From NCBI RefSeq assembly GCF_000012905.2, contig NC_007490.2, forward strand, positions 60,001-92,000: a DNA stretch of 32,000 nucleotides. Reading direction: 5' to 3'. The position numbers were made by a program, and so were the translations under genes. The stretch is from Cereibacter sphaeroides 2.4.1. Its GTDB lineage: Bacteria; Pseudomonadota; Alphaproteobacteria; Rhodobacterales; Rhodobacteraceae. The notes beneath the pieces are model-generated. The model saw only the letters and a program-made list of their open reading frames with translations, was not told the origin of the DNA and did no database searches. Below are positions 7,634 through 16,840 of this stretch, piece by piece (position 1 is the stretch's first letter; the number at the start of each line of letters is the position of its first letter).

Positions 7634-7924
7634 ATGCAGGAGAAAGTCATCAAGATCGAACAGAGACTGCAGGAGCAAGGCCGCATCCTGCTGTTTCCCA
7701 TCGACGAGGGCCTGGCCCTTCTCGCACCCGCCGGGGTTGGCCTTGCCATGCAGGCTGCCGTTGCCGGCATCATCCTCGGCCTCGTGAGCTATGTGCTCTG
7801 GAAGCGCATCAAGGGTGACGGTGGCCTCGAGCGGATCCTCGCTCTCACCTACTGGTATCTGCCCGCCGAGTTGAGCCCGATGAAATCGTGGCCGGACAGC
7901 GCCGTCACGATGTGGAGGGGCTGA
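7634..7924 (+). CDS. traL: Type-F conjugative transfer protein TraL
   Basis: ATG 7634 follows GGAGGGA. About 96 aa with LLFPIDEGLALL, one TM segment, and a C-terminal WPDSAV..W motif typical of TraL. Position after the pilin gene fits. Confidence 0.85.
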   Translation: MQEKVIKIEQRLQEQGRILLFPIDEGLALLAPAGVGLAMQAAVAGIILGLVSYVLWKRIKGDGGLERILALTYWYLPAELSPMKSWPDSAVTMWRG

Positions 7925-8478
7925 TGGACTTCGCCACGCTTTCGCGTCGGATGAAGGGCGCGCAGCGCGCCCGCAACGTCGTAACGCTCATGCTCGGCGT
8001 CTCGATTGCCGCAAACCTCCTCCTTACCTGGCGGATCAGTCAGGAGAACACGCAGGTCGTGCTCATTCCGTCCCGTGTGTCGGACGGCATGGTGGCACGG
8101 GGGGCGGCAGACGTCCGATATATCGAGGCACTGAGCCTCGATGCGGTCTACGCCATGTATACCGTGAGCCCCGCCACCATCCGCTACGGTCGCGACGTGA
8201 TCGAACGGATCTCGGCGGCCGAGGATCGTGCCCGGCTCCTCGACGCCTATGACGACATTGCCGACGACATCAAGTTGCGCAGGATCTCGACGGTCTTCCG
8301 TCCGGAGAAGATCGAGCACAACCTTCCGCGGCTCCAGATCGTGGTGGAGGGGATGCTCTCCACCTACCTCGACACCACCGAAGTGAGCGCCCAGCGGCGG
8401 CGGATCATGCTGACCTTCATCGAAGAAGGCTCCTCGATCCGGCTGTCCCGCATGGAGCTGCAAGAGGTTCCCAAATGA
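7924..8478 (+). CDS. traE: Type-F conjugative transfer protein TraE
   Basis: Start overlaps the traL stop (TGATG). It has an N-terminal TM segment (NVVTLMLGVSIAANLLL) followed by QVVLIP...Y..A.. typical of TraE (VirB5/8-position bitopic protein). Gene order fits. Confidence 0.9.
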   Translation: MDFATLSRRMKGAQRARNVVTLMLGVSIAANLLLTWRISQENTQVVLIPSRVSDGMVARGAADVRYIEALSLDAVYAMYTVSPATIRYGRDVIERISAAEDRARLLDAYDDIADDIKLRRISTVFRPEKIEHNLPRLQIVVEGMLSTYLDTTEVSAQRRRIMLTFIEEGSSIRLSRMELQEVPK

Positions 8479-9194
8479 TCCGCCTGTTCATGTCCGCCGC
8501 TCTGGCGGCCGTCGTCGCGTCGGCCGTCCATGCCGACCAGCGGCTCACTACCCGCCCGAATGGCTCGGTGCGGATCTCGGCCTCGGCCGAGGAAGTCACG
8601 CGGATCAGCGTGGCCGGCGACCGTATCCGCCGGATCATCAAGGACCAGACGTCGTTTCAGGAAATGAACGATGAGACGACGGGCGACGTCTTCCTCCGCT
8701 ATGCGGGGGACAAGGCGAAGCTCGTCCCGGAGACCGGCTACATCCTGACCGAGCGTGGCGTGACGATCAGCTATGAGCTGACGCCTTCGGCGCGGCTCGG
8801 AGCGGAGACGGTGCTGATCTCGGTAGCGGGAATGCCGCCCGAAGGGGCAACCGCAGGTGCGGCGCCCGCCGCGGAGGCCAGGTCCGAAGGCTTCGAACTT
8901 GCCGGCGGAGAGGGCGGGGGCGGCTATGCCTCCGGCCTCGTGGCCTTCACCCGCGCCACCATCGACAAGCACATTGCCGGGAAGGCCGCACCGAAACGCT
9001 CGCACGGATCGGTCGTGGGATCGGAAAGCGGCACGGGAATGCGCGCCAAGGTCATTGTCGCGGCTGGCGGCCGAGGTGGCCGCTATGTCCGCCCGCAGGA
9101 TTTCTACACGTCGAAGGTGCTCGGGGTCTGGGTCCAGCGCAATGCGCTCGGCCCCTCCGACCATGCCTGGGTCGTGGTGGTGGAGAAGCGGTAA
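8475..9194 (+). CDS. traK: Type-F conjugative transfer protein TraK (secretin/VirB9-like)
   Basis: ATGA overlap with traE. The signal peptide ends AVHA. SVRISASAEEVTRISVAGDRIRRI is the TraK N-terminal beta-domain motif. Confidence 0.85.
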   Translation: MIRLFMSAALAAVVASAVHADQRLTTRPNGSVRISASAEEVTRISVAGDRIRRIIKDQTSFQEMNDETTGDVFLRYAGDKAKLVPETGYILTERGVTISYELTPSARLGAETVLISVAGMPPEGATAGAAPAAEARSEGFELAGGEGGGGYASGLVAFTRATIDKHIAGKAAPKRSHGSVVGSESGTGMRAKVIVAAGGRGGRYVRPQDFYTSKVLGVWVQRNALGPSDHAWVVVVEKR

Positions 9195-10447
9195 TGTCGT
9201 CGGACGCACGCAAGAAGCAGCAATGGATTGTCCTCGGCCTGATCGGGGGCGGCCTTCTCCTCATCATCATCGTGCTCGGGCAGGTGATGAACCGGAAGCA
9301 GGCTGCCTTCCGCTCCTCCGGTGCCCCGGATCGGGTTGACGAAACCATCATCGCGGACCGCACCTCGAACGCATCGCCCGAGCTCAGCTGGGCGCGGCAG
9401 AGCCGTGAACAGATCGACCAGCTCAACAAGACCGTGACGGAGCTCACCAACACGGTGAAGGGCATGGCCGAGAAGCAGGCCAGCGACCTCGAGGAGCTGC
9501 GCACGCAGTATGACGAGGTGATCGTCCAGCAACAGGCCGAGATCAACTCCTTGAAGACCGGCGCGCCTGTGCCGGCCGTCGGCGGAGAAACCGGCGAGGC
9601 TCAGGCGCCCGGCTACGGGCAGGAGTTCGTCTCGGGCGGGACGCGGACGCCCGCGGCCGGGCGGGCAGGGCAGGGTGGCGCTGCCGGTCCCGGCGCTCCC
9701 GGTGCGGCGCCCATGGTGCAAAGGTTCGGCGCGGGCGCATCGGTCGACTTCACGCTGCAGCCGAAGCCGGAAAAGCCCACGACGCCGGAAGAAGAGAGCT
9801 CGCGCAACGTGCGCGACCTGCACTCCTACATCCCGGCCGGGAGCTATGCACCCGCCGTGGTGATCTCGGGGGTCGACGCCTCCACGGGCGTCGTCTCGCG
9901 GGACAACCCGGTGCCGGTCCTCGTGCGGATCACGGGGCCGGCCGTGACGGCCGCCGCCGGTGCGGGCGCAGGCCGGCGGATCAACCTGACCGGCTGCACG
10001 GTGCTTGGCTCGGCCATGGGCGATCTCTCGAGCGAGCGCGTCTATGTCCGGCTCACGACGCTGACCTGCATGGGCCGCGGCAACAAGGTGATCGAAACGC
10101 AGGTCGCAGGGCTCGTCGCAGGCTCGGGCAAGGCGGGCGTGCGCGGGCATGTCGTCAGCCGCGAGGGCAATCTGGCGACGAACGCGGCCATCGCGGGCGC
10201 TCTCGGCGGCTTTGCCAAGGCGCTGACGTCGGCCGCGAGCATCGCCTCCTCCAATGACGGGGCCGAGACGGTGGGCTCGGTGCTCGGCGGCGCGGGTGCG
10301 GGCGTGGTGGGCGGCGGTGCCGCCAGCGCCGCTGACCGGCTGGCCGAATATTACATCAAGCGCGCGGAGCAATATCAGCCGGTCGTCTCGCTCTACGCCG
10401 GGACGAATGTGGAAGTTGTGTTCATGGAAGGGGTTTCGCTCAAATGA
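9194..10447 (+). CDS. traB: Type-F conjugative transfer protein TraB (VirB10-like)
   Basis: TAATG overlap. It has an N-terminal TM segment, a coiled coil, a Pro/Gly-rich linker, and the C-terminal TrbI/VirB10 domain (GSYAPAVVISGVDASTG...RVYVRLTTLTC...YIKRAEQYQPVVSLYAGTNVEVVF). Confidence 0.9.
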   Translation: MSSDARKKQQWIVLGLIGGGLLLIIIVLGQVMNRKQAAFRSSGAPDRVDETIIADRTSNASPELSWARQSREQIDQLNKTVTELTNTVKGMAEKQASDLEELRTQYDEVIVQQQAEINSLKTGAPVPAVGGETGEAQAPGYGQEFVSGGTRTPAAGRAGQGGAAGPGAPGAAPMVQRFGAGASVDFTLQPKPEKPTTPEEESSRNVRDLHSYIPAGSYAPAVVISGVDASTGVVSRDNPVPVLVRITGPAVTAAAGAGAGRRINLTGCTVLGSAMGDLSSERVYVRLTTLTCMGRGNKVIETQVAGLVAGSGKAGVRGHVVSREGNLATNAAIAGALGGFAKALTSAASIASSNDGAETVGSVLGGAGAGVVGGGAASAADRLAEYYIKRAEQYQPVVSLYAGTNVEVVFMEGVSLK

Positions 10448-10872
10448 TCGCCCGCAGTCTCATCGCATCGAGCCTGGGGCTCGCGATCCTCGCCCTCGCA
10501 GGTTGCGGCGGCAACACGCAGAAGGACTTCCTCTGCCCGGCGCAGGAGGGCATCGCCTGCGCCACGATCAGCGAGGCTGACGTGGGCTCGGGCAGCGCGG
10601 TCACGCCGGTCCGCGAGACCTTCAGCGACACGCTCGGCAAGGAAATGTCGCAGTCGCCGCTCGGGGTCGGCTCGGGCAAGGGCGGCAAGCTGACCGTCGT
10701 GAGCCAGTCCTCCATGGGCGACGGCGGCGCACCCTACCGCGCGCAGCAATATCGGGTGCCCGAAGAGGTTGGCACGCTCTGGATCGCCCCGCATCGCGAT
10801 GCAGACGGGCTGCTTTATGAGGCGAGCTTCGTCCATTTCGTCGTGCGCGAAGCGCGGTGGGCGTCGCAATGA
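10444..10872 (+). CDS. traV: Type-F conjugative transfer lipoprotein TraV
   Basis: Lipobox LALAGC, paired cysteines (FLCPAQEGIAC), and C-terminal RVPEEVGTLWIAPHRDADGLLYEASFVHFVV, characteristic of TraV. Confidence 0.85.
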   Translation: MIARSLIASSLGLAILALAGCGGNTQKDFLCPAQEGIACATISEADVGSGSAVTPVRETFSDTLGKEMSQSPLGVGSGKGGKLTVVSQSSMGDGGAPYRAQQYRVPEEVGTLWIAPHRDADGLLYEASFVHFVVREARWASQ

Positions 10873-13352
10873 GCGCGTTCAAGGCACTGTTTCAGGGGCT
10901 CTTTGACGATCCCGACTGGTCCGAGGACGAACCGCAGGCGCTGGCCACGGACATTGTGGCGGACCTGCTGCCCTACCGTCTCTTCGATCCCGAGAGCGAG
11001 CTCTTCTTCAACCAAAACTCCACGGGCTTCCTGATCGAGGTGAACCCGGTCGTGGGCGCCGACGATGTGGCCTCGAACCTGCAGGCCGTCATCAACTCGA
11101 ACGCGCCGAACGGCGCTACGATCCAGTTCCTCAACTGGACCTCGCCCGACATTGACGGGCAACTTGTCCGGTGGGCCCGGCATCGTCTTCGCGGCGATGA
11201 GCTGGTGATGGAAATGGCGCAGCGCCGCATGGCGCATCTGCGGGGCGCCCGCTTCGGCACCGATCACGTCATCAAGGCCCTGCCTCACCATCGGCGGGTC
11301 TTCGTGGCCTGCTGGCTCGACGGCGACGCCGATCTCAGCCAGCAAAAGGAGCTGAAAAACTTCCGCCGCTCGCTCTATTCGGTGTTCGGCGGCGAAGCCT
11401 ATGTCCGTCACCTGGGGCCGGACGACTTCCTGAAGTTCCTCGGCGAGGTTCTGCACTGCCGCGGCCTCGTCGGGATCTCCGATCTGACCTACACGGCGGA
11501 GGAGGCGCTGAACCACCAGCTGCCGGGCGCGGGCCTCACGGTCCAGCGGACGGCCATCGGCCTCATGGGCGAGCCGCCCATGGCGGTCTCGAGCGCCACC
11601 GTCCGCCGCTTCCCGCGCGAGTGGCAATTCGTGCTGGGCATTCTGCTGAACGGCGTGCCCGAACGGATCGCGGAGCGGCCGGCCGGGCCGGTGCTGACGT
11701 CCTTCACCATGCGGGTGCGGTCGAAGAGCGATGCCACCTCGTTCCTGATGAAGAAGCGGGCGGGCCTTCAGCACACGGCCTCGACGCAGTTCGCCCGCTT
11801 CGCGACCGGCCTCTCGGAGAAGATGGCAGAGTTCGAGGGGCTGAACCAGCAAGTCGAGCTCGGCGAGCGGCTGCTCGACACGACCTATGTCGTCTGCGCC
11901 TATGCCAAGGGCACGGCCGAGGATGCGCGCCATTCCCTGGCCGAGGTGGCGAAGATCTACCGCTACGCCGGACTGGTGCTCGAGAACGACACGTTCGTGC
12001 AGCTCCCGGTCTTTCTCGCGGCGCTGCCGTTCGCGGTTCACGGCAAGCGCATGGAGGATCTGAAGAAGCTCCAGCGCATGAAGATCCTCAAGTCCGAGGC
12101 TGCATCGGCGCTGGCGCCGATCCACGGCGAATGGACCGGCAGCGGCAACGGCCGGGGCGTCCTCCTGCTCGGCCGGCAGGGCCAGATCATGGATTGGGAC
12201 AACTTCGCCTCGGACGGCAACTACAACGTGGCCGTGGTGGGCAAGTCGGGGGCCGGGAAATCCGTCTTCATGCAGGAGCTTGTCACCTCGATCTATGCGG
12301 CCGGCGGCCGTGTCGTCGTGATTGACGACGGCTACAGCTTCAAGAACACGGTCGAGATCCTGGGCGGCACCTTCGTGGGCTTCGACGGCTCGGTGCAGAT
12401 CCGCCTCAACCCCTTCTCCATGCTCTCGGCCGAGGACATGGAAAAGGACGAGTATCGCGCGGATGCGATCGAGCTCGTGACCGGGATCATCGCCTCGATG
12501 GCCGCGCTCGGCGAGGGCAAGCAGTCGCGCGTCGAAGAGTTCGAGGAGGGCCGGATCTCCCGGATCGTGGCCGACGTCTGGGCCGAGAAGGGCGCGGCCG
12601 GCGAAGTGACGGACGTCTGGGAGCGGCTTCGCGCATTCGCGGAGGAGGATCAGCGGCTCGCCGATGTGGTGGTGAAGCTCGAGGCGTTCACGCGGAGCGG
12701 TCCTTACGGGCACTACTTCGCGGGGCCTGCGACGCTCCGGCTCGAGACGGCCTTCACGGTCTTCGAGCTCTCCGACATCAAGGGGCAGAAGGTGCTCCAG
12801 GACGTCGTGCTGCAGATCGTCATGTTTCTGGGCACCGAACTCATGTTCAAGACGCCGCGGGCGGTGCCGGTCGCCATCCTCATCGATGAGGCCTGGGATC
12901 TCCTGAAGTCTCACGCCACGGCGCGCTTCATCGAAGGCGTGGTGCGGCGTGCCCGGAAATACACCGGGGCGCTCATCACCGGCACGCAGTCGATTGACGA
13001 CTATTACAACAACGTGGCCGCCACGGTCTGCCTGCAGAACTCCGACTGGACGGTGCTCCTCGCGCAGAAGGCGGAGACCATCGACCGTCTGGTGCAGGAC
13101 AGACGGCTCTCCGTCTCTCCGCACATCGCCGGCCAGCTCAAATCGCTCCAGTCGGTGAAGGGTCTCTTCTCGGAAATGGGCGTGAAGGGTCCCAACGGCT
13201 GGTTCTTCGGCCGCCTGCTCCTCGATCCGTTCAGCCTCGCGATCTATTCCTCGAAAGGGTCGACCGTCGAGAAGATCAACCGGCTGAAGGATCAGGGTTA
13301 CACGACGGTCGAGGCGATCCGCATCCTCGTGGAGGAGGGGGCGGTCGAATGA
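10869..13352 (+). CDS. traC: Type-F conjugative transfer ATPase TraC (VirB4 family)
   Basis: ATGA overlap with traV. About 827 aa with Walker A VVGKSGAGKS and Walker B region VAILIDEAW, plus the C-terminal TGTQS motif. Confidence 0.95.
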   Translation: MSAFKALFQGLFDDPDWSEDEPQALATDIVADLLPYRLFDPESELFFNQNSTGFLIEVNPVVGADDVASNLQAVINSNAPNGATIQFLNWTSPDIDGQLVRWARHRLRGDELVMEMAQRRMAHLRGARFGTDHVIKALPHHRRVFVACWLDGDADLSQQKELKNFRRSLYSVFGGEAYVRHLGPDDFLKFLGEVLHCRGLVGISDLTYTAEEALNHQLPGAGLTVQRTAIGLMGEPPMAVSSATVRRFPREWQFVLGILLNGVPERIAERPAGPVLTSFTMRVRSKSDATSFLMKKRAGLQHTASTQFARFATGLSEKMAEFEGLNQQVELGERLLDTTYVVCAYAKGTAEDARHSLAEVAKIYRYAGLVLENDTFVQLPVFLAALPFAVHGKRMEDLKKLQRMKILKSEAASALAPIHGEWTGSGNGRGVLLLGRQGQIMDWDNFASDGNYNVAVVGKSGAGKSVFMQELVTSIYAAGGRVVVIDDGYSFKNTVEILGGTFVGFDGSVQIRLNPFSMLSAEDMEKDEYRADAIELVTGIIASMAALGEGKQSRVEEFEEGRISRIVADVWAEKGAAGEVTDVWERLRAFAEEDQRLADVVVKLEAFTRSGPYGHYFAGPATLRLETAFTVFELSDIKGQKVLQDVVLQIVMFLGTELMFKTPRAVPVAILIDEAWDLLKSHATARFIEGVVRRARKYTGALITGTQSIDDYYNNVAATVCLQNSDWTVLLAQKAETIDRLVQDRRLSVSPHIAGQLKSLQSVKGLFSEMGVKGPNGWFFGRLLLDPFSLAIYSSKGSTVEKINRLKDQGYTTVEAIRILVEEGAVE

Positions 13353-13666
13353 AAGCCCGGCGGCAGGATCTCAAGCGTCCTCGCCCCACGCGCGAGGCGG
13401 CCAAAGGCAGCTGGTCGGAATGCGCCCGCAGGACCATCGAGTGCGTTCATGACCGCCTGCCGCCCGAGGCGACGCTTGCGGAGCGGATCGCGGCCGTGGA
13501 TGCCGCCTATCCGTTCGGGGAGCGCGCCCACTATCCCTACAAGGTCTGGTGCAAGGTGAGGCGCAATTACCTCATGCGCTACGGCTATGTGCCGCAGAAC
13601 GCCAAGCCCGGACCGCTTCTCAAGCTCATGGAAGGACAAAACGGTGGATCTCGGACGGGCGGTTGA
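13349..13666 (+). CDS. Hypothetical basic 105-aa protein embedded in the tra operon (orf105)
   Basis: ATGA overlap with the traC stop. GC3 is about 80 percent by hand count, so it is probably translated. No signal peptide, no TM segment, no recognised family. Confidence 0.6.
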   Translation: MKARRQDLKRPRPTREAAKGSWSECARRTIECVHDRLPPEATLAERIAAVDAAYPFGERAHYPYKVWCKVRRNYLMRYGYVPQNAKPGPLLKLMEGQNGGSRTGG

Positions 13667-14003
13667 ACTCACTCTCACGGGCATGGGCAGCGTCGCCCTG
13701 ACCCTGGCCATTGTGCTGGCTTCTCAACCGCGGGGCCTGCCCACGGGCATCGTCACGCTCGATGCAACGGAGGCTGTCCTCAGCTTCATCCGGGCGGGCG
13801 GCAAGGAAATGCCCGACACGGACTATGAGGCGGCCGCGAAGATCTATCAGGCGGATCTCGAGGCGGCCATCGCGGACTTCGCGGCCGAACATTCCGTCAT
13901 CGTGGTCAATTCGGCCACGGTGCTCGCGGGCGCCCCCGATATTACGCAGGAAGTCTCGCAAAAGGCGCTGGCGCGGTGGCGGGAAGCGAAGGGCACGCCA
14001 TGA
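13644..14003 (+). CDS. trbI: Type-F conjugative transfer protein TrbI
   Basis: One TM segment, then a C-terminal HSVIVVNSATVLAGAPDITQEVSQKALARW. This parallels F TrbI ...AVILVSPAVVQGAPDITREIQQDIAKRM. The start is uncertain (GTG 13644 after GGAAGGA, or ATG 13683). Confidence 0.75.
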   Translation: MDLGRAVELTLTGMGSVALTLAIVLASQPRGLPTGIVTLDATEAVLSFIRAGGKEMPDTDYEAAAKIYQADLEAAIADFAAEHSVIVVNSATVLAGAPDITQEVSQKALARWREAKGTP

Positions 14004-14530
14004 CCCTGCGCGATCTCGCCCGGCGCAGCTTCATGATCGGAGGCTCGCTCTTCGTCGTGGCGGGCTTCTGGCTCCTGCACAATGGCCGCCTCACCCTCAA
14101 TGCCTCGCACTCTCTGCCCGAGCCCGCCTATCTCATGTGGGCTTGGCCGAAGGTGATCTGGAAGGGCGCCGTGATCTCGGCCGATCCGCCCGCAGCCTAT
14201 GCGGCACGGTTCGACGGTCTGCTCTTCACCAAGCGCGTCGTCGGTCTGCCGGGCGACCGGATCGAGCATCGAGACGGTGCGGTGTGCGTCGCAGGCGAGT
14301 GCTATCCGCTCGCGCTGAAGGATGGCGCACCCTTCGCGCCGGCGCTGGCCGAGGGCGTGATCCCGGACGGGCATTACGCCGCCTTCGGCAGCTCGGCCGA
14401 CAGTCTCGACAGCCGCTACGCCACGGTCGGCCTCTTCGCGCGGGAGACAATCCGCGCCGTGGGCGTCGGCACCACCCTTGTCCCTCATTGGAAGGAGCTG
14501 AAGGCATGGGCGGACGCGCACGGATACTGA
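14000..14530 (+). CDS. S26-family signal-peptidase-like protein (RP4 TraF / R27 TrhP-type pilin maturation peptidase)
   Basis: ATGA overlap with trbI. N-terminal TM segment. Catalytic boxes are NASHSLP (Ser), FTKRVVGLPGDRI (Lys) and FGSSADSLDSRY. Confidence 0.85.
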   Translation: MTLRDLARRSFMIGGSLFVVAGFWLLHNGRLTLNASHSLPEPAYLMWAWPKVIWKGAVISADPPAAYAARFDGLLFTKRVVGLPGDRIEHRDGAVCVAGECYPLALKDGAPFAPALAEGVIPDGHYAAFGSSADSLDSRYATVGLFARETIRAVGVGTTLVPHWKELKAWADAHGY

Positions 14531-15144
14531 CCGCGCTCGCCGTGGTTGCCTGCACGGCAGGGGCTGCGGCGGGCAAGGACTTCGGCGTCTATGGGAAGCT
14601 CTTTCCCATTGCCGAGCCGGATCTTCTTGAGCAGATTCTCGGCCGCCTCCGCACCATGGAGGCGAGCGGAGAGCTCGCCGAAATGGAGCGGGCGATGCAG
14701 GAGCGGACGCGCGCCTATGTGGAGCGGCCGGACACGGGCAGCGAGCTGCCTCCGGCCGAGGAATATCGCGCCTTCGAATTCGATCCCTCGATCACCCTGA
14801 ATCAGGATCTCGCCGATCATCAGGGCCGCGTCTTTGCCCGGGCCGGGACGGTCGTCAATCCGCTCGCCTATTCCGCCTTCGCCAAACGCATCGTCGTGAT
14901 CGACGGCGACGCGGAGGATCAGGTGCGCTTCGCCCTCGCAGAGGGGGATGAGCTCGACACCCTCATCGTGATCGCGAAGGGCTCGCCGCTGGCGCTCGGC
15001 CGCGCGCACGGCCGCCGCTTCTGGTTCGATCAGGACGCCGTGATGGTCAGCCGGTTCGGTCTCGAGCGACTGCCGAGCGTCATCAAACGGGCCGATCCCA
15101 TCCTTCTGATCGAGGAAATTCCGACCGGGGAGGCGCAGCCATGA
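14506..15144 (+). CDS. traW: Type-F conjugative transfer protein TraW
   Basis: Signal peptide MGGRARILTALAVVACTAGAAAG, then GKLFPIAEPDLLEQILGRLRTMEASGEL, the TraW N-terminal motif. The start lies inside track ORF 13711-15144, in the same frame. Confidence 0.9.
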   Translation: MGGRARILTALAVVACTAGAAAGKDFGVYGKLFPIAEPDLLEQILGRLRTMEASGELAEMERAMQERTRAYVERPDTGSELPPAEEYRAFEFDPSITLNQDLADHQGRVFARAGTVVNPLAYSAFAKRIVVIDGDAEDQVRFALAEGDELDTLIVIAKGSPLALGRAHGRRFWFDQDAVMVSRFGLERLPSVIKRADPILLIEEIPTGEAQP

Positions 15145-16127
15145 AGGGCCTGTTCTTCGCCATGGCGCTTGCCCTTGGCATCGGCGCGTCGGGCGCGAGC
15201 TTCGCGAAATGCAATGCGAAGTTCCTGAATCCGATCACTGAGGTCTGCTGGGACTGCATCTTCCCGATCTCGATCGGGTCGATCAAGGTCTTGAACAAGA
15301 GGCCCGACACCAAGAACCCGTCGCTGCCGGTCTGTCTCTGCCCGGGCACGCCGCCGCGTGTCGGCCTGGCCATCGGGCTCTGGGAGCCTGCCCGGCTGAC
15401 CGACGTCGCGAACGAGGCCGGCTGCTTCGTGAACATGGGCTTCAAGGCCGATCTCGGTCTCTTCTCCATCGGCAAGAGCTCCGTCACCTCGAGCGACGGC
15501 GATCAGACCGGCAGCAAGTGGCAGGCGCACTACTATTACTATCCGCTGATCTCCTGGCTCGGGACGGTCGTGGATGGCCTCTGCCTCGAGACCACGGCCT
15601 TCGACATTGCCTATATCAGCGAGTTCGATCCGCTCTGGCAGGACTCCGAGCTCAACACGATCCTGAACCCGGAAGCGGTCCTCTTCGCCAATCCCATCGC
15701 GCAGGCCGCCTGTGCGGCCGATTGCGTGCGCTCCTCGGCCGGCGGCCTGCCCATGGACAGCCTCTTCTGGTGCAACGGGTGTCAGGGCGGCATGTATCCC
15801 ATGCAGGGCGACAGCAACGCGCACTACGGCGGGATCCAGGCCAGCGAGACGGTCACGGCGAAAATGCTCGCGCGCCAGCACCGGCTCGGGCTGGCGCGCC
15901 GGACGTCCGGCAGTTCGGCGCTCTGCACGACCGCCACCGCGCCGATCATCAAGAAGTCGCAATATCGCTTCCAGGTCACGCGGCCGCGGGCGGCCGTAAG
16001 CGGCCGCTATGCCTGCGGCCCGCTCGGCTCGAGCACGCAGCTGGTCGATTCCATGCGGCAGTTTCCATACAAAGGGGAGAGCTTCGGATGGCTCATCTGG
16101 CGCAAACGCAACTGCTGCGCGCTCTGA
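15141..16127 (+). CDS. traU: Type-F conjugative transfer protein TraU
   Basis: Signal peptide, then CNAKFLNPITEVCWDCIFPISIG and LFWCNGCQGGMYP, cysteine motifs typical of TraU. Confidence 0.95.
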   Translation: MKGLFFAMALALGIGASGASFAKCNAKFLNPITEVCWDCIFPISIGSIKVLNKRPDTKNPSLPVCLCPGTPPRVGLAIGLWEPARLTDVANEAGCFVNMGFKADLGLFSIGKSSVTSSDGDQTGSKWQAHYYYYPLISWLGTVVDGLCLETTAFDIAYISEFDPLWQDSELNTILNPEAVLFANPIAQAACAADCVRSSAGGLPMDSLFWCNGCQGGMYPMQGDSNAHYGGIQASETVTAKMLARQHRLGLARRTSGSSALCTTATAPIIKKSQYRFQVTRPRAAVSGRYACGPLGSSTQLVDSMRQFPYKGESFGWLIWRKRNCCAL

Positions 16128-16840
16128 TCGCGGCCGCCGTCCTGTCGGCAGGCACCGCCAGCGCCGGGGACGAGCTGCCCGATCCTGCCTTCGCGCCGGG
16201 AGCCACCGGTCGGATTGCGGCGCCGGTCGACCGGATCGTTCGCGATGCGGAACGCCGCGGCGAGGCGCTGGCCCGCGAGCTCACGATCCAGCCGCCGCGC
16301 GAGGGTGTAGAGATCGAGGATCTGGCCGGGATCCGCACCCGGGCGCTGAACGATCCGCGCGTGCGCGCCCTCCTCGGAGCCCCCGATGCGGAGGAGGTCG
16401 CGGCCGAAACCCGCGCCCGCTACGGCGAGGCGCGCGCGATCCTCTTTGCCTCCTTCTCGATGCCCGACACTTCGCTCCGGCAGATGATGCGGGAGGCAAC
16501 CGCTCACGATCTGACGGTGGTGTTTCGGGGCTTCGTCAACAACAGCGTCTTCGACACGCGGGCGAGGCTCGAGGAAGTCTTTGCGGAGGACGAGACAGGC
16601 GAGGCCTTCGGGATCGACCCGACGCTCTTCCGGCGCTTCGACATTCGCTCGGTGCCGGCCCTCGTGGTGCTGGCCGAGGATCTCGGCGACTGCGCAACGC
16701 CCGCCTGCGAGGGCGATCCGCCGCCCCGGCATGATCGGGTGAGCGGCAACGTGCCCCTTGAGACCGCGCTGCGCGTGATCGCGGCCGGCAATGGCGAGGC
16801 CGCTTCGGTGGCCCGCTCGCTTCTGGAGCAAAAGCCATGA
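16088..16840 (+). CDS. trbC: Type-F pilus assembly protein TrbC
   Basis: ATG 16088 follows GGGGAGAG. Signal peptide, then ILFASFSMPDTSLRQMMREA...TVVFRGF...IDPTLFRRFDIRSVPALVV, matching TrbC. Confidence 0.85.
   Translation: MAHLAQTQLLRALIAAAVLSAGTASAGDELPDPAFAPGATGRIAAPVDRIVRDAERRGEALARELTIQPPREGVEIEDLAGIRTRALNDPRVRALLGAPDAEEVAAETRARYGEARAILFASFSMPDTSLRQMMREATAHDLTVVFRGFVNNSVFDTRARLEEVFAEDETGEAFGIDPTLFRRFDIRSVPALVVLAEDLGDCATPACEGDPPPRHDRVSGNVPLETALRVIAAGNGEAASVARSLLEQKP

Noticed and set aside
9104-10372. 422-aa minus-strand ORF antisense to traB
   Set aside because: Shadow ORF with an Arg/Gly/Ala-rich composition. The TraB frame has the VirB10-like domain.
10815-13124. 769-aa minus-strand ORF antisense to traC
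   Set aside because: This is a typical shadow ORF of a high-GC gene. It is Arg/Gly/Pro/His-rich with low complexity and no motifs, and it is fully contained in the well-supported traC frame.
13711-14505. N-terminal 265 aa of the 477-aa track ORF 13711-15144
   Set aside because: It is an Arg/Ser/Pro-rich read-through overlapping trbI and the S26 peptidase in another frame. The TraW signal peptide and motifs begin only at ATG 14506. The same logic was applied to the upstream parts of ORFs 15518-16840 (trbC) and 19089-20171 (traF).
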